Source: Eledone cirrhosa (taxonomy: Eukaryota). Taken from it: a stretch of 64,000 nt of DNA. Below, in pieces: positions 12,855 to 26,858 of this stretch (position 1 is its first letter; each line of letters opens with the position of its first letter). Below the pieces are notes generated by a model, which worked only from the letters and a program-made list of their open reading frames with translations, ran no database searches and was not told the DNA's origin. The stretch lies in NCBI GenBank assembly GCA_964016885.1, contig OZ024743.1:150474001-150538000 (forward strand), written 5' to 3'. The position numbers and the translations under genes are program-made.

Positions 12855-15800
12855 TTATTGTCAGGGAGGGAAGAGCAGTGCCTATTATCTTTTGCATGAC
12901 ATTCAAGACTGGTTGGGGAGAGGGAGGTAAGTGTCTTCCTTGAAATGAGGAACTGGTCTGAAAGTTCACTACAGTGGATTTCACTAAAGTCTCACAATTA
13001 CTCTATTAATATTATCTTGTATACCAAGCTCAACCTATTCTTTTGTCATTATATAGTTGATAAAAATAAAATAACAGTTAAGCACTGTGATTAATACAAT
13101 CAATTATGCTCCCAAAAGTCTTAAATGAATTACAGTACTTAATTTCGTGCCTTTAGTTTTTTACTTTCAAACTTCTTTGTGGTTAACTCAACCCTTCATC
13201 TTGCTAAGATCAATAAAATATATACCTGTACTATACTGTTGATTACTCAATGTATTCTACCCTCTTTGACAAAAGCTTGGATTTTTCCCAAGAAAAAATG
13301 TTATAAATTTGAATTGGATTTTTTGTAAAACATTTAAATTATAAAAGAAAATTTATGGCTTTTGTAATTATGCTGATTAATATCTACCTGTAAAATAGGA
13401 GGAAGTTGTATTCTGTTGAAAGTCTCCATGATTTGCTACTGTAGGATTTTATTTGTGTAACAAAAATATTAAATATTTTCTTGGAGAACCAATAGTCTAA
13501 AATTATTTTTATTTCCAAAAGATGCAGAGAAATTCAGTCAATTTTCATAAAGATGTTAACATAAACAAAAGGAGCTTGTAAGTTGGAATAGAAAGAAGCT
13601 GGCTAATGTTTGAATATATTTCATTTTCTCTCTTGAAATGGTGCTATTATCTTTGTTTTGTAGAATATGAAAATCTTTGAATTGATTTATCTCATATCAG
13701 GAAATTCTGATTTGATACATTAACCCAGGTTTCACCACTGTTATAGCTTTCCAATAAATAATTCTGACATCCTATACATTTCTGAGGGATAGGAAAAAGG
13801 GAAATGAGCTGTAGCACTTCAGTGAAGACTAAAAATTCCATAAAGAAATAAATATTGATTATTCATTAAACAGAAAAATTCAATGAATTTTACTTGCAAA
13901 CAGAGGAATGAAATTCAAAGTAGTCATTCATGAATTAGATACATAGAGCATGCAGTAAACAAATGTGCTTATACAAATGTAAGGGAACGACTGGTGGGAA
14001 GAGGATGGCTACTATTAGAAATGTATCCCTTGAGAAAGAAAGCAGAGATATTTCTATGTTGTAGGGATGAATATATATATTTTTTATGAATACATACTTG
14101 CATATTTATATGCATTTTTGTGTGAGTGTGTTTGTGAATGTGTATGTGTGTGAGGAAGAGAAGAAAAGAAAGAGAGAGAGAGAGAAAGAAAGAAAGGAAA
14201 TACACTTATTCATCTGTATGTATGTGTATGTGCTTTTGTTCCTATAAGAAAGAATACATTTATTTACTCCCTCATGTTGGGAGTGAGCAATAGAAAATGT
14301 AATGTATGAGAAAATATTCACTCACTCACTTATATGTGTATGTGTGAACAATTTGAGGAGGATAGAAAGGAAAAGATATATTTGCTCCTTCAACTCTATT
14401 TTATGTTGTGAGAGAGTAAGCAAGGGAAAGATAAGTATAGATTGAGAAATATGTAAAAAGATTAAGAGAGAGAGAGAGAGAAAAGGAAAGGAGAAGAGAT
14501 AGAGTCACTTACATCTGTAAGAGAGATAGGGAATTCATTTATTATGTATTTACTCTTTCATCTATATATTTGTAGAAGAGTTTTTGACTATAATAGATAT
14601 ACGGCTGAAATTATTTCTATTCTATCATGTGTTGTGTGTGAGTGGGAGAGAATATATCATTACTTTAACACACTGGTGGTCTATGTATATATATATGTGT
14701 GTGTGGTATATATATATATATGTGTGTGTGTGTGTGCGTGTGCGTGTGCACATGTGTGTGTGTGTGTATATATATATATATTCATGTATTCATATATATA
14801 TTTATATATAAAACATATATATATATATATATATTCATGTATTCATATATATATTTATATATAAAACATATATATATATATATATATTCCTGTATGCATA
14901 TACATATTTATATAAACATATATATATATAGGGAGAGAGAGGGGGTGGAGAAAGAAAGAAAGAGACACAGAGAAGCATTATAAGTTTGTCTATTTCAATT
15001 TTTTTATTATTATACAAAAGATTCTTAAACAAAAAATGTTATATTTAATCCAAGACTGATGACAAAAACTTATTTAATCCTAAAGTCAATCCTTTTTCTT
15101 AAAAGTTATGCATTGTTCTAACCTGTTTGTATAAAAAGTAATATCAGGGTTGATATTTACCTTTACAAGTTATATTTTATAGAAGAAAGTTTTCTTGAAG
15201 CTGTTTTTTGCAGGGTTGGGAGTTGGTCTTTTTTTCTAGGTATACTTTACTTTATAAATCTATACTTGACATTTTTTATCTTTTTTTTTAGTTTTTAATC
15301 TTGTTTTGGAACCCAACTCGGAAAATAATATCACACCCTTTATATAACATGATACATTTCATCAGTTTTTAATAACAGTCAGTGTGCTGTCTTGAAAGAA
15401 AGACACCAATATTTTCCTGTCCCATTCAATATGCAACAAAGCAAAAATTGGTCTCATGCCTAGTCAAAAGAAATCAAAGTCATTGAGCCATTCAGGAGGA
15501 AAAGATAAATCTGTTTTGTTTGGCATCAGATATTTGGCAGAATATTTCAAGTGCAGAATAGGGAAATTTATAAGAAATTATTTCTTATATAGGCTTAACA
15601 CCTCACTGGAAACAAATAGCTAAGTGAATAAGGTATTAAACCACTAGTCTATCCATCCTGAGTTCAAGCCCACTACATCTGTTTGATTAGGAATTTGAGA
15701 AAGTAATGTATACATTTAAGTGGTTACAAATAATTACCAAATCTGTCAGTATTATTATGTTGTTATAAAATAGAATAATGTACACATAATACCATGAAAC

Positions 15801-16879
15801 CAGAATGAAGTTTTATTATATATGAACCCCTAGAAAACATTGATACTTATTTTATATAACTTATGGAATTATATATATATTTGATAGGTTTCTGAAAATT
15901 GCATACCAAGTAGAGAAATATAAACGAGGGAAATAGAACATTAGGACATATATTTCTTAACCCTCTCATTACCAACCCACCCAAAACTGCTTATGGTTTT
16001 ATAAAACAAAACCATCCATTCTAAATGGTTCCTATTTAAATTATAACCTATCATAATTGTATGTAAGAACCATATGTCACATTACTATCTAAGTAATGAA
16101 ATTATTAATGTTAGTAAATCACTCAAAAATCCTCATTAATTAATTCAAATAGAGTGTATTTCATTATTTCATTAGAAATATGGCCATGAAAAGATTAAAG
16201 CTACTGCTGGGAACCTTTGAATACATACATGTTAAGGACATTAAATATAGAGAATACTAGTTATTGTTTTTCAACGCAAAGGTAATTTTTATAGAGGCGA
16301 CCTATGATCTAGCATTCTAGCCAAGGATATTCCATATTTTCTCCAGACACAGTACATTCAGGCACAATGTATCCTACTTTTCTTAGATACTATTTCTAGC
16401 AGGACGAGCAGTCACATACAACTAAATAGAATACCAGTTTAAAGAATTGGCAGTCCAAGTAGCAATCTGGTGATGGTTTCAAGACATTCATTATAATCAT
16501 TGTTTTGTCTAAATTTCCCAGCTGGTATATGTTGGATGGACTCTCGCAACCTGAGACCAGTGGGTAGAGTAACCAATCTTGTTTATTTGAATTTCGAAGA
16601 CTGTCACAAAGCACTCAATGATAAAGTAATTAAGAAATGTTTCCTCAGAGTGAACACAATAAGTTAGGTAATAGTGACACAATAATCCGGCCAGAAGCAT
16701 GTTGCCACATAACATGTACAATATATGTAATAGTAGAGGAATCACGACCTCCTTACGGACAACTGATGCTGCACACCAGGTCCAAACACAGAAGAGCTGA
16801 ACTCCCACTTTCATTGCCTCCATTTCTCTAGTCCTCCCCCATCTCTCTCTATTATGAGCAAATGGGGTCCCATGTGACA

Positions 16880-17420
16880 TCCCAGACGATGGATTTACCA
16901 CTGCAGAATGAGAAGATGGTGATACTGTCTGGCTTTTTGCAGTCCCCTCAGTGATGACCTTGTTGAGGGCAGCATGGCATGGAAGGCGGCCGGCACTGTA
17001 GTGACAAGAAAATGGGTGGAGGCCAAAAGAGTCCACGGTGGATCCGTGGCAACATTTGTGTGACTCGCTGATCCGGAGGCCAAGCCTCAGGGGAAACCTC
17101 GACACACAGGCTATCATTATCCAGCTGCGTGCCAGTAGAGAAGTAGAGAAGGAGAGTAAGGCATGGAGCCAAGCACCTCCGTGGGGTTGTGAGGCTGCAC
17201 GAAAACATACAAGGCGGTGCTGGTCGAGCTGGCACACTAGCCTGTCTGAAGCCAGATTGCACTGGATGGCATCCCAAATACTCTGGGGGGACTTGACATC
17301 AGCAAGAGAAGAAGGAGAAGGGACATCTACTGGGCTAAGTCGAAGTCGGATCCACATCTCACAGGCAGCCTCACATTCCTCAATCATAGTGGGTTCCATG
17401 GATCTTGGGAAATTTACCTG
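16880..17420 (-). pseudogene. Decayed CRE-clade non-LTR retrotransposon, C-terminal zinc knuckle/RLE region
   Basis: QPHGGAWLHAL...LRLGLRISESHKCCHGSTVDSFGLHPFSCHYSAGRLPCHAALNKVI. Confidence 0.7.
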
Positions 17421-19526
17421 CCCTAGATAGATATTTCTACTACTTCAATATGAATCTAATGAGTCTATAAAGGAACCTTTATAAGATTGCTCAACATGCT
17501 AGAAATATTAGTCAAATCTCCCTCAAATCATCTTAAAAAGAGAAAGGGACATTGGAAAATGTTACTCCAGATGTACTATATTTAAATAAAAGATTAGATA
17601 GTCATAACGTAAATGCCTTTAACCATAGGTCTGCTGGGAATGCTTAGCTTCACGTCAGTTCTAATTGAGAAAATCTATGATCAAAGATAATCTAGCTATG
17701 ACCATACAGCCTTTTTATATATTATTGTCCAAAGAGTCCTTTATTCAAGATAACAGGCATAATTTGAGGGATATTTGGTTGCTATTTCTAGTAGGTCAAG
17801 CAAATACATTACGCCTTTATTGGTCCAAGACAGACTAACTGAATTATGTATCATTATGACAATTTTAAGGAAAATTAAAAGATCACTAGTTTAACTGTAG
17901 TTAACAACATGCATCTACGTAATTGTCTTGGCTTTCTTTAGAACACTTATATTCTCTTCTTTTTAATTTGGTTTTAGATAAATAATAATAAAAAAAAAGA
18001 ATTACTTGTTTATTACCATTCTAAATTCAGAAATATAAGAGTCAGCAGCATACAGGTTTGGCAAGTGTCGCTTTTGATTTTTCAATATAAGGAAGTTATT
18101 GGCATCTTTGCATGAAGCAGAGAAATAGGGCTGATTGGGAGGAGAACAGCTGGAATACCGTGGAGAATGAATAAGCAAGCTGAGTGATGCAAAACTTGAA
18201 GGCAACCACTATGTTATTAAATATAATCCTAATCTAATAATATATCATGCTATCAACTGAACAATTGAAAATATTGATCAGAATGCTTTATGCTGAAATT
18301 CCTTTGAAAAAATAAATTAATTCATTATAGGCATATGCAATAGTTGTTTTGCATAGCCTTTCAAAAGATGTCAGACATTATATCATTAGACTTTGAATAT
18401 ATATTAAAAAAATGAATGCTACTGTGGCTGCTGCTACTGATGATGATAATGCTGATTATAATTTTGATGATGATGATTTAATTGTGATGTGGGGGATGGT
18501 GAGGGTAAAGGCAATGGTGATAATGCTAATGGTGATGGTGTTAATGTTGACGGGGAGTGATGGTAATGGTCTTAGAGATGATAGTGATGATGACCATCAT
18601 CATGTTCATAACTTCAGTTTAACTCCTCTGATTTACATGAATATGTTCAATTATATTAACAACTTGAATAGGAGCAAAGATCCTGAAATGCTCAATTGAA
18701 AGGTAACAATAAATCTTAGCTTGTGAAAAAAGTAAAAAAAGCCAATTCTTTTATTAAAAAATAAACTACAAACTAACATGAATTTAACATAATTTATTGC
18801 AAGAACAGTTCATTTATAAGGAAATCGTTTGTAAACTTAAATTTGGATATTGGCAAATCACTTTGTTCAACTTGCTCTGAAAATCTAGGTCTTTTGCAAA
18901 TGTGAAAAGCCCTGGTGCAAAATCTATCTTCAACAGGTAGTTTTCAATCTCCTGTCACCATGCTCAGAGCACCAATCACCACTGGGACAATGATGACTGG
19001 CTTTACTTCATTACTCCAGAATTTTAAGATTTAATATTCAGTATATATGTACAAATGACCACATTTTGATGAATAAATGTTTACAGAAACAAATATAAGG
19101 TTAAACACGAGACATTGTGATTGAAAAGTGAACTTATTATTATACATAGCAACATGGCTGAGAAAGGAAATGCATTATGTATATGTGTGTAAATTTTAAA
19201 GAGTTACAGATATATATATATATATTTATGGGATAACAAGTTATCGTTTTAGGTAATCCAGTTAGAGGTTGTGAGTACTCTGCACTATGGATAGTTTTAA
19301 CGTACGTGATTAACGGCCTTTAGACTCACCTGATCAATGAAACAATTGTTAATGCTGTAAATAAAACCCTTTTTGTACAGCCGACCATGTTATTCTTCAC
19401 TCTTTCACTATATATATATATATATATATATATAGTTGAATATATATATACACACACACATATATATATATATATAATATCAAAAGGGAAGAAAGAATCA
19501 GTATTGCATCATTTACATATATAATT

Positions 19527-19618
19527 ACATATTACTTATGTTTCACTGCAGATCAGCCCAAGGAATGATCGATTAATGTTCAATCCTGACTCTGGAATCG
19601 GAAGCTCCTCAGATATGT
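19527..19618 (-). ncRNA. Type I HHR, CTGAGGA family, copy 3
   Basis: Minus: ACATAT-CTGAGGA-GCTTCCGATTCCAGAGTCAGG...GCTGATCTGCAGT-GAAA-CATAAG-TA-ATATGT. Confidence 0.7.
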
Positions 19619-20542
19619 GTTCTCACTGTGCTGTCTGTCTGTTGCAGAGTGAAGAAACAGGCTCTCTGTTTTGGTGTCAAAATCTCTTGTATAATGATTG
19701 TGCACCCAGAAAACATAAACTCATGGCCCTTGATAATTTCTATTTAAACAATGGCAGTAAATATTTTAGGTAACAAAATAATTGGCATTTCAGTCAGTCT
19801 GACAGAGGTTAAAGATTTGAGTGTGTTGATAAAGCAACCCCTTGTGAACATGGGAACACTTTCACTACAAGATCAACCTCCCCTCTCCCTTCTCTTTTGA
19901 AACCCTGCCAAATCCCACCACGATTCTCATGCATCCATGACATAACATTTCACCCCTTTAATCCCTTCTCCCCTTCACATCATCTCTATAAACCCCTCCA
20001 TAGTGTGTCTTTTCAATTCAGAGCAATGCAAGGTTTGTTAATCTTTCTTGACTGTGAGAATTATGTAAGTTTTTATTCATAGAAATAAAACCTAAAATAA
20101 TTCCTCTTAGTATGGTCAACAATTAATTATTCCTCATTTTATTAATTTCATTAATATAAGCTTTCATTATAACCTCATGTGCATATCTTATATTCATACT
20201 GCTTTATTAAATATGGAAATGAAGGTATTATATAATCATATGCAATTCATTTTACTCCTATAGTAGTTAATTAATAATTTCCAAAGTAATGAGTATACCC
20301 TTATTGGATATCATTAAATAATTGACAAATATTCAATGAAATGTTTGTGAGCAAAATAAAATAATAGATCACACATAGCATTCAATTTACACAAATCCTG
20401 CATAGCTGTTATGATGTCAGTAATAAAAATTAACAGATCACACACAACATTCACTTTACACAGACACTCTGAAGCTGTTATGATGTCAGCTATGAAGAAT
20501 AATGATAGAGTTTGAATTGCATTTTCTTGGATTAGAAAATAT

Positions 20543-20573
<31 letters not shown>

Positions 20574-21069
20574 ATCTTTTATTCATTTACTGGTTTTAGT
20601 CATTACCTTGATTTAGCCAAGCATATAGACCCCACTACTTTTTTTTTTTAAAGTCAGGTGCTTATTCTATCAATCTCTTTCTGCTGAACCACTAATCTAA
20701 GGAACATAAACATACATACACACACATATACATACACATACACAGAAGAGGCTTCTTCAATTTCAGTCTACCAAATTTCATTTACTAGTTACTTTTCAAC
20801 ATGAGGTTATAGTAGAAGGCACTTGCTTAAAATTCCACCCACAGTGGGATTGAACCTTAACAACACAGATCTGCCTGTGCCTATATATATATAGTTTGAT
20901 GTTTTACACAAACAGTGATGTACATTGTCTTATTGTCATCTTCATAGTATAGGATGAGCAAATCGAACCCATGGTTGAACTGCGTATGGTACATAGTTGT
21001 TCATTTGCAAAATATATGTTATGTATAATTACAAATAAACTAAGTTGAATTGAAACTTCTATCCCATAC

Positions 21070-21114
<45 letters not shown>

Positions 21115-21123
<9 letters not shown>

Positions 21124-21933
21124 TCAATATGCAGAAAAGGAACTGGCATAAACTCTATAAAATGCACACAATGCAGATCCTGGGTACACAAGAGATGTAG
21201 CGGGATAGCAGGCAAACTAACAGGTAGGGAGAAATATGTATGCAGTAGATGTACAGGGAAATTAGACAGTATAAGTCGCACTGATAGACACATTTTTCAA
21301 ATGCAAGAGGGCGCTATAGAAGTGGTGAATAGCTTCCGGTACCTAGGAGATCAGATTAGCATGGGAGGAGGGTGTTCCGAGGCTATAGTATCTAGAATAA
21401 GGATGGGTTGGAAGAAGTTTAGGGAGCTGCTTCCTCTGTTGACGAAAAAGGGTTTCTCCCTGCGTACGAAAGGCCGGTTGTATGATGCCTGTGTGAGGAG
21501 CGCGATGCTGCATGGTAGTGAGACATGGGCAGCAACTGCAGAGGATATGCGACGGCTGGAGAGAAATGAGGCAAGCATGCTCCGTTGGATGTGCAGTGTA
21601 AATGTGCGTGAACGACCCAGCATAAATGTGTTGAGAGAGAAACTGTGTCTGAGAGGGATAGAATGTAGTGTACGGGAGAAGAGACTGAGGTGGTATGGAC
21701 ATGTGATGCGCATGGAGGATGACCGATGGGTGAAGAAGTGCCAGGAATTGCCAGTTGAAGGAAGACGTGGTAGAGGTAGACCACGAAAAACATGGGCAGA
21801 GGTGGTGAGAACAGACCTCAGAACATTGAAGCTCACGGTGGAGATGACGAGGGACCGTGACAAGTGGAGAGATGCTGTGCTGAATAAGACCCGTCCCACC
21901 CTTGCAAGCAGGGAAAAGCGGACGTAAAATGAT
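21115..21933 (+). mobile_element. RTE LINE 3' fragment (open ORF 21118-21927) inserted in (TA)n
   Basis: CSICRKG...WVHKRC, FRYLG, RLRWYGHVMRM, GRPRKTW; tail GGACGTAAAATGAT. Confidence 0.9.
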
Positions 21934-22016
21934 ATATATATATATGTAAGTTTATCCCAGGTTCAATTGAGGGTAACCACAGTAAGTAAGCTACTCAATA
22001 CAAAGCAGAGTATAAA

Positions 22017-22143
22017 TATTTAATATAGAAAAGGCTTCTACAGGACTAGAACTGTTTCATTCGGAGAAAGCCCAGGGCTTCCTGCTGATTTCTCCCGAAT
22101 GAAACAGTTCTAGTCCTATAGAAGCCTTTTCTAGATTAAATAT
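22017..22143. repeat. Inverted repeat built from an HHR-bearing pLTR; degenerate HHR at 22076-22126 (+)
   Basis: GGCTTC-CTGCTGA(A6C)-TTTC TCCC GAAT-GAAA-CAG TTCTAGTC CTA-TA-GAAGCC; the left arm is its reverse complement, truncated inside helix II. Confidence 0.65.
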
Positions 22144-22341
22144 ATATGTAAATATATATACACAGTTCAAGAGTAACCAATCTTAAAGAGATAGATGGAG
22201 ATAGTAGAGGAGATATGAGAGGAGAGATTGGTGAGTTAGTTAGAAGCCAAAGCGTAAAGGCATGTGCTCAATGTGCAATATGCAGTAGAAAGCAGCTAGG
22301 TGGCTGGGTTCATGCAGAAGTTAGGTGCGCAGAGCTCGAAT

Positions 22342-22656
22342 GATCAATTATGATATATAGTCATCTGATCCAGAAATATTATATGGAGTAGCGAAACAAT
22401 TGTAAACGGACATTATTATTATCTGAGTTCAAATCCCGCTGAGGTTGACTTTGCCTTTCATCCTTACGGGGTCGATAAAATAAAGTACCAGTAATGCACT
22501 GAGTAATTGCTGGCCTTGTGCCAAAAGTAGAAACAATTATTATTAATATTATTATTATTATTCTCTACATTCCTTGCATCAAACTAAAATATGTTGACAA
22601 TCTTTTAATAATGTCTTCCTTGTGAAATTTGTGGTCTTGTTTTGCTTAACTAATGA
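22342..22656 (+). mobile_element. PLE pLTR 3' fragment (paralog of 38444-38636) with a 5'-truncated family A SINE at 22421-22540
   Basis: Near-identical flanks GTCATCTGATCCAGAAATATTATATGGAGTAGCGAAACAATTGTAAACGGAC and TTCTCTACATTCCTT...CTTAACTAATGAAT. Confidence 0.8.
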
Positions 22657-22671
22657 ATATGTATATATATA

Positions 22672-24247
22672 TCATCATCATCATCATCATCACCGTTTTA
22701 CGTCCGTTCTTCCACGCTAGCATGGGTTAGACGGGTTGTCCTGTTGTGGGCAGTGTCTGGTCGGCTGACCATGCCTTGCTCATACAGGAACTGATTTGGC
22801 TTGATTTCTACAGCTAGATGCCCTTCCTAACACCAACCTCATTTACAGTGAGTGCAGGGTGCTTTTTCGTGGTGCCTACACGTCCACTTTACAGTGTGGG
22901 CTGGGTGCTTTTTTGCCGTGGCACCTCCACGACCACCTTGCGGTGGAGGGTGTGGGGGCATATTGTCTATATGCTTCAGCTTGTACCCATGGGAGGTCGG
23001 GTACTCTGTATTACTGCGTGATGCCAGAGGTCACGGTCGTGTGTCATTGCCTTTGAGAGGTGTAATTGGGTAAGGTCGGCTTTTATCACCTCATCCCAGG
23101 TCATCTTGGGTCTCCCCACTCCGCGGTTTCCATCGACTTCTAGTGCTCTGCAGCTTTTTATGCAGCTGTCATCCTTCATACGCATCACATGTCCATACCA
23201 GCGCAACCGCCTCTCCTGCACACAGCATTTGATTCCTCTTATGCTCAGTCTCTCTCTCAATTCATTTATGCTTTGTCGTTCACGTATATTACTGTTACAC
23301 ATCCATCGGAGCATGCAGGCTTCGTTTCTCTCTAATCTACATAAGTCTTCCACCTTCAGCGCCCGGGTCTCGCTACCATGCAACATCGCTGTTCAGATAC
23401 ACGCATCATACAGTCTGCCTTTCATTCTGAGGGAGAAGCCTTTTGCAGCTAGCAGTGGTAGTAGTTCCCTAAACTTCTTCCATCCCGTTCTTACCCTAGT
23501 TATTGTACTTTCTGAACACCCACCTCCGCTGCTAATTCGGTCACCTAGGTAGCAGAAGCTGTCTAGTGTTTCTACAGAGCCCCCCCAGAGATTGGTGGTA
23601 CTTGTTTCCTGTGGCTGTTTGCTGCTTGCTGTCCCAGCACAGCTACTGCATGTGAAGCCTACATTCTTAATTAAGCTTCCCGAAATCCCGCTACATCTCT
23701 TGTGTACCCATTGTTTGCATTTGGGGCAGAGAATGGAGTTCCTACCTACACCTTTCCCACATACTGAGCAAGGCCATTTCCCTGAGGGGATCTGGGTTCT
23801 GTTTTCTCGTCTACTTACAAGGACCTTAGTCTTTGCCATGTTGACTTTGAGACCCTTTCTTTCTAGTCCCTGCTTCCAAGTTTGGAATTTATTCTTTAGT
23901 TCTACCATAGATTCAGCTATAAGTGCGATGTCATCAGCATACAGGAGTTCCCATGAGCATCCGGTCTTAAACTCCTCCGTTATTGCCTGCAGGACTATGA
24001 TGAACAGGAGGGGGATAAGAACAGAGCCCTGGTGGACCCCAACCTGTACGCTAAATTCCTTGCTATGCTCATTGCTAATCATAACTTTGCTGACTGCTCC
24101 CCTATACATGGCTTGTACCTCTTTCACAAGCCATTCATCTACTCCTAGTTTTCTAAGAGCCCACCAGATTACAGCACGTGGAACTCTGTCAAAGGCTTTC
24201 TCAAGGTCGACAAATGCCAAGTAGAGTGGCTTACTTTTAGCTAGGTA

Positions 24248-24250
<3 letters not shown>
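22672..24250 (-). mobile_element. RTE LINE, 5'-truncated, RT interrupted by one in-frame TGA
   Basis: ORFs 23393-24220 and 22976-23386 are in the same frame (DACI*TAMLHG versus DACIRTAMLHG in copy 1); (GAT)n tail at 22672. Confidence 0.9.
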
Positions 24251-24310
<60 letters not shown>

Positions 24311-24311
24311 A

Positions 24312-25427
24312 CTAGCAGCAATACCCAGCGTTGCCTGAGTAGGTAAAATAATATCTGCTTTGATGAAAAGGTGTTGATTTTAGCGACTGCTTCTCGATGA
24401 CTCATCTATGGCCACACACAGGCCATGCGGAGGAGGGTGGTGATGACCTCTATCATTGAGAAACGCGGCTGACTGACGAAGAGGCATGCACACTAAGCCA
24501 AATTTCCTCATGCTACTTGACTGGAAACCGATAAATTCTCAAATACACAACTAAAAGCTCAGACGACGTCAGTGGCCATCGTTTTGCCTTTGACCATCTA
24601 TAAGATGTGAAATGATAGGTTCTATCGTAGTATAAAAGTTGAACCAAATAAATTGATTTATGTGTGAGGTGGAGACGTAGTTTAGAATTTGAACGAAATC
24701 GGTTGAAAAATGTGGGAGCTAATGATAGGTCGCCGTTCCTGAACAGAAAATGCAAAGTGTAAAGCTACTATAAGATGTGCAATAATAGGTTCTATCGTAG
24801 TATAAAAGTTGAACCAAATAAATTGATTTATGTGTGAGGTGGAGCCGAAGTTTCGAATTTGAACGAAATCGATTGAAAAATGTGGGAGCTAGAGCCGAAA
24901 AGGCGGAAATTTGAGCGAAAAGGTGGTATTTTCGAATATTTAAGCGGCTGCCACCCCGTTCCTGAACAAAAAATCCAAAATGTAAAGCCACTTCAAGACG
25001 TGAAATAATCAGATCTAGCGTAGTGTAAAATTTGAACAAAGTAGGTTGATTAATGTGGGAGCTAGAGCCGAAAAAGTGGAAATTTGAGTCTAAAAGTGGT
25101 ATTTTTTTACTATATTTAAGCGGCTGCCACGTCGTCCCTGAACAACAAATACAAAATATAAACCCACTATAGGATGTGCAATGATAAATTCTATTTTGCT
25201 TCAAATTTTGAACGAAATCGGTGGCAAAATGTGGGAGCTAGAGCCAAAAATCTCATTTTTATCTGCAGAATGACCCCGGAATTAAAAAAACGATACGCTG
25301 ATATATAGAAAACACTCCCCGATGACTAATCTATGAGCCTGTAAAGTGTCATGAAAATCGGTCGTAAGATGTAGGCCCCCTATAGGTAATACACAGACAC
25401 ACATACTTAATTTTATATATATACAGA
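24312..25427 (-). mobile_element. Non-autonomous Helitron with internal tandem repeats
   Basis: Minus: A|TCTGTATATATATAAAA 5' end; 3' hairpin CTCAGGCAACGCTGGG then CTAG|T; repeated GAACGAAATCGxTTGAAAAATGTGGGAGCT units. Confidence 0.75.
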
Positions 25428-26673
25428 TGTGTGTGTGTTTATTCAGAAAATTTTATGACAGTTTAACAAACCAACACAAAAGTTTACACACTTAGATTGA
25501 TTTCTGAAACATTGGTTTTTATTGCACAGAAGTAAAATCTGTAACACTTGAAAGAATATTGCTTATTTAAGGGATATTTATGAAATGAAAATGAAATGCT
25601 ATAAATTAATACTTGAATTATTGTATGCTCCTAAATCTCTTTTGAAGATGTTTGTACTATTTTCCAGTTGTTCTAAAAGAAATAGAATTAATTGCATTTC
25701 AGTTATTGTACAGGGCACTCCAGCTAATCTTTGTATATTAGTCTTTATTATTATATCTAAAACCTTAAAAACTATTTTTCCAATATTTCAATATAGAATC
25801 TGATTTCCTGATTATGACATGCAATTGAATAATTTTATGAATATAATTGGTAATAGTAATGTTTATAAGAAATGTGCTTTGATCTCTACATAGAATGGAA
25901 ACTGACTTAATTTTCACTTTTTATTCAGAATAATTATTGTACTAAGGAATGTGAAATAATCCTATAAACCATTCCATTTCTTTTATGGTTGAAAGAACAA
26001 TTCTAATGAATACAGAAAAATAAGTATTTTACATCATGCCAAGTATATCGATACCTATAAACAGTACCTCATAATAGCATTTCTTTTTTCAACAGGTATA
26101 AAAGAATAAATTTTACTGACCAAAAGAGCATAATCTGTATACTCAATCTTGGCTTCTAATGAAATTTGTTTTGCACTCTTCTAAAGACATAATGATTCTG
26201 ACATCAATTTACTGGATTTCTAGCTATGTGATGTGTTACACATAATTCTGCTACAGTCTTTGTTGTACCTTTGAGTGAGGAATATTATGCTGTTTGCCAA
26301 ACTCTGACAAAAATAGTTTCTTCTATGACTGCATAGTTGACAGTTTAGTAATAAGAAGGGCATCCAGCTGTAAAACACATACTATTCCACCCATAATAGC
26401 ATGGAAATATTTGACATAAAAGTTCAAAAGAAGCAGGTAATAACCAACAACACACTTCTTATGGTATGCTATTTTATAGAAAATACAATGGCATGGTACT
26501 ACATATATTAGCTAGTATCCAAAACTATTAGGGAGGGCAGTTTGCTAACAAAGGAGATAGACAATTCATATGCTTGTGGAAGAATAAAGACAAGTGTGGA
26601 TATAGAGTAGAACCACATAAAATGTTTTAACAAGAACCAACTTCTACTTAACTCTCTTGTAACAATATTTTTA

Positions 26674-26858
26674 ACGGTGGATTGACAGTATCGGTAAAGG
26701 GTTGGACGCCATGCTTTCACGTATAGAGTTACGGCCCTTGCCATTCTGAGTTCAAATCCCACCGAGGTTAACTTTGTCTTTCATCCTTACGGGGTCGATA
26801 AAATAAAGTACCAGCAATGCACTGGGTATTTGCTGGCCTTGTGCCAAACGTAGAAACA
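26674..26858 (+). mobile_element. Family A SINE
   Basis: CGGTGGATTGACAGTATCGGT...GAGTTCAAATCC...GTAGAAACAAT. Confidence 0.85.

Noticed and set aside
19270-19366. GAAACAATTGTT...AATAAA HHR 3' half
   Set aside because: No convincing CTGANGA or helix I upstream
20022-20064. Possible 43-nt exon (TTTTCAATTCAG...TAT/GTAAGT)
   Set aside because: Good splice-like signals but no recognisable peptide or partner exons; needs RNA-seq
23393-23395. In-frame TGA as possible selenocysteine or readthrough
   Set aside because: It aligns to Arg (CGA in copy 1), so it is simple CpG decay
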